Program-made: the position numbers and the translations under genes | In this document: in pieces, positions 47,834-52,466 of the stretch | Layout: each line of letters starts with the position of its first letter | Position numbering within the stretch: the first letter of the stretch is position 1 | The notes under the pieces: generated by a model | Seen by the model: only the letters and a program-made list of their open reading frames with translations | The model's database searches: none | What the model was told of the DNA's origin: nothing | NCBI GenBank assembly: GCA_035997675.1 | Contig: DASYIJ010000305.1 | Location: 1 to 52,466, forward strand | DNA length: 52,466 nucleotides | Direction of reading: 5' to 3' | From: Solirubrobacteraceae bacterium | Lineage (GTDB): Bacteria > Actinomycetota > Thermoleophilia > Solirubrobacterales > Solirubrobacteraceae

Positions 47834-48070
47834 GTGCCCGAGGTCTCGACCAAGAACCGCATCGCGATCGAGGTCGATCGCGCGCTGTGCTACGGCTTCG
47901 GTGACTGCGTCGACACCGTCCCCGAAGTCTTCGCCCTGGACGACGAGGACACGGCGATCGTCCTCGATCCGGACGCGGCCCCGATCGACGACATCATGGA
48001 GGCGGCTCAGAACTGCCCCGTCGACGCGATCATCATCCTGGACGAGGACGGCGAGCAGCTCTACCCGTAA
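47834..48070 (+). CDS. small ferredoxin (single-cluster, Cx5C...CP type)
   Basis: IAIEVDRALCYGFGDCVDTVPEVF...AAQNCPVDAI, the pattern of actinobacterial 3Fe-4S/4Fe-4S ferredoxins. 78 aa. Confidence 0.8.
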   Translation: MPEVSTKNRIAIEVDRALCYGFGDCVDTVPEVFALDDEDTAIVLDPDAAPIDDIMEAAQNCPVDAIIILDEDGEQLYP

Positions 48071-48151
48071 GGAGGTTCGGGGCGTTTGCTCCGGCCCCGG
48101 TGGGGCCGTGACCCCCTTCCACAGGTGACCCACGGCTCCGCTACACTGCCG

Positions 48152-48280
48152 CGCACGCCGAATCCCCTGCAAAGCGTGGGGGAGCGGGGGAACCACAGTT
48201 CCCGGGGCGAATCTCACGGTGGTCCGTGAGAGGCGAATTTGGGTCTTTCGCCAGCCCGTCAGCTAACCCCGTAGGCGGAC
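48152..48280 (+). ncRNA. cyclic-di-AMP riboswitch (ydaO/yuaA class) in the 5' leader of the NlpC/P60 gene
   Basis: CGCCGAAUCCCC...GGGGAGCGGGGGAACCAC...GGGGCGAAUC...AGCCCGUCAGCUAACCCCGUAGGCGG matches the ydaO conserved blocks and the copy at 13580-13742. A TACACT -10-like hexamer is at 48142-48147. It ends 4 nt before ATG 48285. Confidence 0.85.
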
Positions 48281-48284
48281 CGAG

Positions 48285-48863
48285 ATGCGCCGTCGCTTCA
48301 CGACAGCCACGATCGCCGCGGCAGCCCTGTTCGCCCTGCCGGCGCTCGCTCACGCCGACAACACGGGCGGGACGGGCATGGGGTCGGCACCGCCGGCCGC
48401 GACCACCCCGGCTCCCGCACGCGACGTCGCCCACCCGACGGTCTCCGGCACCCGCACCAAGTTGATCAAGGGCATCGCCTACGCTCCGTCCGCCGCACCG
48501 CTCCGGGTGAAGCAGCTGATCTGGTCGGTCAACACGATCCTGGGCAAGCCGTACGTGTACGGCGGCGGCCACGGGCGCTTCAACGATCGCGGTTACGACT
48601 GCTCGGGCCTGGTCTCCTACGCGATGCACGCCGCGGGCCTGCTGAAGACGCCGATGAGCGCCCCCGCGTTCTTCCGCTTCGGCACCTACGGGGCGGGTCG
48701 CTGGATCACGCTGTGGGTTCGCTCCGGGCACGTGTTCGCCGTCGTCGGCGGCCTGCGCCTCGACACGACGCCGTATCCCTCGCGCGGCATCGAGGGCCCG
48801 CGCTGGCGCCCGCAGATGCGCGACACGGCGGCCTTCACGGCCCGCCACCCCGCCGGGCTCTAG
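48285..48863 (+). CDS. secreted NlpC/P60 (C40) peptidoglycan endopeptidase
   Basis: Signal peptide ...AALFALPALAHA-D. Translation: YVYGGGHG...GYDCSGLVSYA (catalytic Cys) ...GHVFAVV (His). Confidence 0.88.
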   Translation: MRRRFTTATIAAAALFALPALAHADNTGGTGMGSAPPAATTPAPARDVAHPTVSGTRTKLIKGIAYAPSAAPLRVKQLIWSVNTILGKPYVYGGGHGRFNDRGYDCSGLVSYAMHAAGLLKTPMSAPAFFRFGTYGAGRWITLWVRSGHVFAVVGGLRLDTTPYPSRGIEGPRWRPQMRDTAAFTARHPAGL

Positions 48864-49348
48864 TCCCCGCGTCCCGCGCGGAGCTCGTCGCGCTCGGCGA
48901 GCCGGTTCGCGCGCCGCACCTGCGCCTCGCGCGCGCGGCGCTCCTGGTCGGGGTTCTCGATCGGCACATCCGGGACGGCCGTCGGCCGACCCTCCTCGTC
49001 CATGGCGACCATCGTGAAGTAGGCGGTCCCCGTCTGCCGGGATTCGCCCGTGCGCGGGTTCTCGGCCTCGACCCGGACGCCCACCTCCATCGAGGTCCGC
49101 CACACGGCGTTGACCCGCGCGCTGAGCGTCAACAGGTCGCCGACGAACACGGGGTGCAGGAACGTCATGCGATCGACGGCGGCGGTCACGACGCGGAGGT
49201 GGGAGTGGCGAACCGCCGCCAGGCCGGCCGCTTCGTCGCACAGCTTCATCACCGTCCCGCCGTGGATGAAGCCGGCGCTGTTGGCGTCGGTGATGCCCAT
49301 CCACTTGACGAGCACGGCGGCCGGCTCCGACGCGGGGCGGTCGTTCAC
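48860..49348 (-). CDS. acyl-CoA thioesterase (hotdog fold, YciA/BFIT-like)
   Basis: GFIHGGTVMKLCDEAAG...VTAAVDRMTFLHPVFVGDLL...VAMDEEGRP. Confidence 0.87.
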   Translation of the reverse strand: MNDRPASEPAAVLVKWMGITDANSAGFIHGGTVMKLCDEAAGLAAVRHSHLRVVTAAVDRMTFLHPVFVGDLLTLSARVNAVWRTSMEVGVRVEAENPRTGESRQTGTAYFTMVAMDEEGRPTAVPDVPIENPDQERRAREAQVRRANRLAERDELRAGRGD

Positions 49349-49422
49349 GCCGGCGATCGTATCCCCACGGTCCGGGGCCGGTACCCTTGCATCTCCGTCC
49401 CCGATCCCGTCAGGAGGCTGCG

Positions 49423-50202
49423 ATGGCCGGAATGTCCGGGCGCATGTCCACCGTCATCAAGGCAAAGATCTCCAAGCTGCTCGACCGCGCCGAGGACCCC
49501 GGCGAGACGCTCGACTACAGCTACGAGAAGCAGATGGAGCTGCTGCAGAACGTCAAGAAGGGGATCGCCGACGTCGTCACTTCGAAGAAGCGGCTGCAGA
49601 TGCAGTCCCAGAAGCTCGAGCAGCAGGTGGTGAAGCTCGACACGCAGGCGCGTCAGGCGCTCGCGGCCGGGAACGAGGAGCTGGCGCGCGCCGCGCTCGA
49701 GCGCAAGACGCTCGCGCAGTCCGAGCTGCAGAACCTCGACCCGCAGATCAAGGAGCTCGAGGCCCAGCAGGACCAGCTGACCGAGAACGAGAAGAAGCTC
49801 CGCGCCAAGCTCGAGGCCTTCCGGACCAAGAAGGAGGTCATCAAGGCGCAGTACTCGGCCGCCGAAGCGCAGGTGCAGATCTCCGAGGCCGCGACCGGCG
49901 TGGGCGAGGAGATGGCCGACGTGGGGATGGCGATGCAGCGGGCGATGGACAAGACCGAGAACATGCGCGCTCGCGCCCAGGCCGTGGACGAGCTCGAGAA
50001 GGCCGGGACCTTCGAGGACCTGACCCAGCTGGAGTCAGGCGGCAACGACGACATCGATCGCCAGCTCAAGGAGCTGACCAGCTCCAGCGACGTCGACGCG
50101 GAGCTGGCCAAGATGAAGTCGGAGCTCGGGCCGGGCGGCGGCGCCAGTCCGGCACTCGAAGCCGGAAGCGGCGCCGGCGAGAAGGCCGGTGAGAGCAAGT
50201 GA
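49423..50202 (+). CDS. pspA: PspA/IM30-family membrane-stress protein
   Basis: ATG 49423 with AGGAGG 5 nt upstream. Translation: KAKISKLLDRAEDPGETLDYSYEKQMELLQNVKKGIADV..., followed by long coiled-coil heptads. Confidence 0.9.
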   Translation: MAGMSGRMSTVIKAKISKLLDRAEDPGETLDYSYEKQMELLQNVKKGIADVVTSKKRLQMQSQKLEQQVVKLDTQARQALAAGNEELARAALERKTLAQSELQNLDPQIKELEAQQDQLTENEKKLRAKLEAFRTKKEVIKAQYSAAEAQVQISEAATGVGEEMADVGMAMQRAMDKTENMRARAQAVDELEKAGTFEDLTQLESGGNDDIDRQLKELTSSSDVDAELAKMKSELGPGGGASPALEAGSGAGEKAGESK

Positions 50203-50474
50203 TCGTCCGCATCGCGACCGAGGGCCAATACCGTCTGGAGGACGAGCAGGCCGCGAAGCTCAACGAGCTGGACAACGAGATCGTCGCGCTCGTGCAGGCG
50301 GGCGACGAAGAGGGCTTCCGCCGGCTGTTCTCGGAGATGCTGGCGCTCGCGCGGTCGGGCGCGGAGCTGGGCGACGACGAGCTCGAGGAGTCCGACGTGA
50401 TCCTGCCGCCTCCCGACATCTCACTCGCGGAGGCCGCCGCGGAGTTCACCGGCGAGGGCCTGATCCCGGGCTAG
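50199..50474 (+). CDS. small acidic PspA-associated protein (PspAA-like)
   Basis: GTGA overlap with the pspA stop. 91 aa and acidic. MIVRIATEGQYRLEDEQAAKLNELDNEIV is typical of the small ORF that follows actinobacterial pspA. Confidence 0.68.
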   Translation: MIVRIATEGQYRLEDEQAAKLNELDNEIVALVQAGDEEGFRRLFSEMLALARSGAELGDDELEESDVILPPPDISLAEAAAEFTGEGLIPG

Positions 50475-50520
50475 CCGCCTCCGCGCAACTTCTCCACCCC
50501 GATCGGGTTGGCGGGGGTGG

Positions 50521-51993
50521 ATGGAGCGAGTGCAGCACGGGAGCCGGTGCGGGTCCAGAGCCGTTGCGGTCGGCTTCGCGGTCGTGCTCCTCGCACTCGC
50601 CGCGGCGCCGAACGCCGGAGCCGCCACCCGCTGGTTCGTGTCGGTCGGCGGGACGCTGACGGGCCAGGCTCCGGCGCGGAGCTTCGCGGCCCGGGCGTTC
50701 CAGCGCCTGAGCGTCGGCGACCCGAGCCTCCAGCTCCGCAGCATCGCGAGCTCGCGGGTCGGCGCCGCCGAAGCATTCCTGCGCGCGAATCGCGGGAACG
50801 TCCCGCTCGTCACGCTCGATGTGGGCCTCGCCGACGTGCTTCCCTGCGCCCACGGCCGGCGGCTCGACCGGCCGTGCCTGGCCCGCGCGCTGCACCGGCT
50901 CGACACCCGGCTGGCCGGGATCCTCGCGCGCCTGCAGTCCGCCGCGGGGCCGCGCGCGCGCTTTGCCGGAATCGTCTACTACGACCCGTTCGTCGGATTC
51001 CAGCGCAGCGCCGCGTCCGCGGCCGTGCGCGCACTGGACCGCCATCTCCGCGCGGTCTACCGCCGAGCCGGCGTCGTGCGCGTGCGCCTCGACCGCCTCC
51101 TGACCGGCCGCCGCCTGTGCCGGATGACCGGCGCGTGCCGCCGCCGCTTCGACCTTCGCCCGAACGCCCTCGGCCAACGGGCGATCGCCGACGCCCTCCT
51201 CGCCGCCGTCGGCCAGCTCCCTCCACCGCCCGGTCCGCGGGCGGGGCAGACCGGCCAGTTCACGACGCCGTGCCGGTACACCCATCGCGCTCCCGATGAC
51301 CCGATCGTCTATCCGAACCAGCCCGGCCGCTCCCACTCGCACGATTTTTTCGGGAACACGTCGACCAACGCCGGCTCGACCCTCGACACGCTGGCGGCCT
51401 CGTCGACCGCCTGCCGGCGCGCGGCCGATCGGTCCGCGTACTGGGTGCCCACCCTCCTCCTCGACGGCCAGCCCGTGACGGCGCGCGGGGCGACGATCTA
51501 CTACCGGGACGCGGGCAAGGACCCGGCGGCGGTCGTGTCGTTCCCGGCGGGGCTGCGCGTGATCGCGGGCGATAGCAAGGCCACCGGCCCGCAGAGCCTC
51601 GACGTCATCAGCTGGGGCTGCGGCTCGCAGAGCGCGATCCAGCGCCAGCAGGCCCCGCCGCTGTGCGCCGGTCCGACGCTGCGCGCGACGGTCCGCTTCC
51701 CCGACTGCTGGAACGGACGCGACCTGGACGCCGCCGACCACAAGTCGCACCTCGCCTACGCGCTCCCGCGGCACGGTGGCGGGCGGACCTGTGACCCGGG
51801 GCACCCGATCGCCCTCCCGAAGCTCACGATCAACATCACCTATCCGGTGGTCGGCGGTCCCGGCGTGACGCTGGCCTCCGGGCCGGCGTACACGGAGCAC
51901 GCCGACTTCTTCAACGCCTGGGACCAGCCGACCCTCGACCAGCTCGTCATGCGCTGCCTGGTCGCCGACGTCAAGTGCGAGGGAACCGCCTGA
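50521..51993 (+). CDS. secreted protein: degenerate SGNH/GDSL-like N-terminal domain + DUF1996 C-terminal domain
   Basis: Signal peptide ...ALAAAPNAGA-A. The N-terminal domain has SGNH-like block spacing with substituted catalytic positions. The C-terminal part (HSHDFFGN...YWVPTLL...CWNGRDLD...HKSHLAY) resembles DUF1996. Confidence 0.72.
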   Translation: MERVQHGSRCGSRAVAVGFAVVLLALAAAPNAGAATRWFVSVGGTLTGQAPARSFAARAFQRLSVGDPSLQLRSIASSRVGAAEAFLRANRGNVPLVTLDVGLADVLPCAHGRRLDRPCLARALHRLDTRLAGILARLQSAAGPRARFAGIVYYDPFVGFQRSAASAAVRALDRHLRAVYRRAGVVRVRLDRLLTGRRLCRMTGACRRRFDLRPNALGQRAIADALLAAVGQLPPPPGPRAGQTGQFTTPCRYTHRAPDDPIVYPNQPGRSHSHDFFGNTSTNAGSTLDTLAASSTACRRAADRSAYWVPTLLLDGQPVTARGATIYYRDAGKDPAAVVSFPAGLRVIAGDSKATGPQSLDVISWGCGSQSAIQRQQAPPLCAGPTLRATVRFPDCWNGRDLDAADHKSHLAYALPRHGGGRTCDPGHPIALPKLTINITYPVVGGPGVTLASGPAYTEHADFFNAWDQPTLDQLVMRCLVADVKCEGTA

Positions 51994-52015
51994 GCGGCGT
52001 GTAGGGTCGCGGGCG

Positions 52016-52390
52016 ATGCGGCTTCGCCTGCTCGTCCCGCTGCTCGCGGGCGCCCTGGTGGTGCTCCCCGGATGCGGAGGCGGGGGCGGCACCACGACGG
52101 TCCGCAACCCCCGGGGCACCGTGACCGTCGATCACGGCCGGACGCTCGCCGTGACCTTCTCGACCAACCCCGGCATCGGCTTCGACTGGGAGCGCGGGAC
52201 CCCGAACCCGGACCCGGCCGTGCTGCGGCCGCGGGCCGCGAGCCGGACCGGCGCCGACCGACCCGGCGCCGGCGGCGAGGTCCGCTACCCCTTCGATGCG
52301 CGCCGCGCGGGGACGACCGCGATCGGCTTCGTCCACTTCTACCGCGGCAAGGTCGTCGAGCGGCGGACGCTTCGCGTCACCGTGCGCTGA
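52016..52390 (+). CDS. lipoprotein, chagasin-like (I42 family) cysteine-peptidase inhibitor
   Basis: Lipobox LVVLPGC-G. NPGIGFDW (compare NPTTGYxW), GAGGEVRYPF, and a C-terminal FYRGK loop. About 120 aa. Confidence 0.62.
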   Translation: MRLRLLVPLLAGALVVLPGCGGGGGTTTVRNPRGTVTVDHGRTLAVTFSTNPGIGFDWERGTPNPDPAVLRPRAASRTGADRPGAGGEVRYPFDARRAGTTAIGFVHFYRGKVVERRTLRVTVR

Positions 52391-52466
52391 GCACCATCAG
52401 CCCCAGGAGGTCGTAGGCGACGGCGGCCGCCGCCATCGCGGTGATTCCGTCGGCGTCGTAGGGCGG
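52377..52466 (-). CDS. 3' end of an unidentified CDS (partial, continues beyond the window)
   Basis: Open minus-strand frame ...PPYDADGITAMAAAAVAYDLLGLMVLSAR-stop (TGA at 52379-52377) with G/C-rich third positions. Too short to assign. Confidence 0.3.
   Translation of the reverse strand, partial: PPYDADGITAMAAAAVAYDLLGLMVLSAR

Noticed and set aside
50495-50520. Hairpin CCACCCC-N12-GGGGTGG upstream of the DUF1996 gene, as a regulatory element
   Set aside because: A 7-bp stem with a 12-nt loop in very GC-rich DNA is expected by chance. There is no supporting conservation or motif. I noted it but do not call it.

Overview
Very high-G+C (by eye about 70% or more), gene-dense chromosomal segment of an actinobacterial type. 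The gene order and a Bacillus-type sigma-H suggest a deep-branching lineage such as Thermoleophilia or Rubrobacteria; that placement is inference. I support about 62 protein-coding genes, one tRNA-Thr(UGU) and two cyclic-di-AMP (ydaO-class) riboswitches. I see no rRNA, CRISPR array, transposase, integrase or prophage signature.

Gene content, left to right:
- Conserved housekeeping block: disA, carD, ispD, a PHP phosphatase, ispF, then cysS, rlmB and a Spo0H/SigH-type sigma factor.
- A minus-strand lipid-handling operon: SCP2-alpha/beta hydrolase, DGAT2-like acyltransferase, SRPBCC, cupin.
- A riboswitch-led M23 peptidase plus tandem DUF4234 operon.
- A divergent VIT transporter / Fur-family pair.
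- A GGDEF-EAL protein divergent from a STAS / RsbW-like kinase / PP2C partner-switching operon.
- A PlsC-GpsA fusion.
- Two tandem ECF sigma / anti-sigma pairs followed by a rhomboid protease.
- Glycosyltransferases, and a Tat-signal subunit with a GMC oxidoreductase.
- A beta-oxidation set: hbd, thiolase, three acyl-CoA dehydrogenases and a thioesterase.
- xseAB.
- A second riboswitch-led NlpC/P60 hydrolase.
- A pspA cluster.

Most unusual observations:
- An AT-rich intergenic region at 46153-46369 carries two mutually inverted arrays of 7-bp tandem repeats, plus further palindromes sharing an ACTGA/TCAGT core.
- A 16-bp palindrome, TTGACTGG(C/T)CAGTCAA, occurs upstream of two separate beta-oxidation loci.
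- Two c-di-AMP riboswitches control peptidoglycan hydrolases in the same window as disA.
- A Firmicutes-type sigma-H sits in Bacillus-like synteny.
- carD has no canonical start codon and lies in frame behind disA.

Many long ORFs in the six-frame track are GC-driven shadow frames and are rejected.
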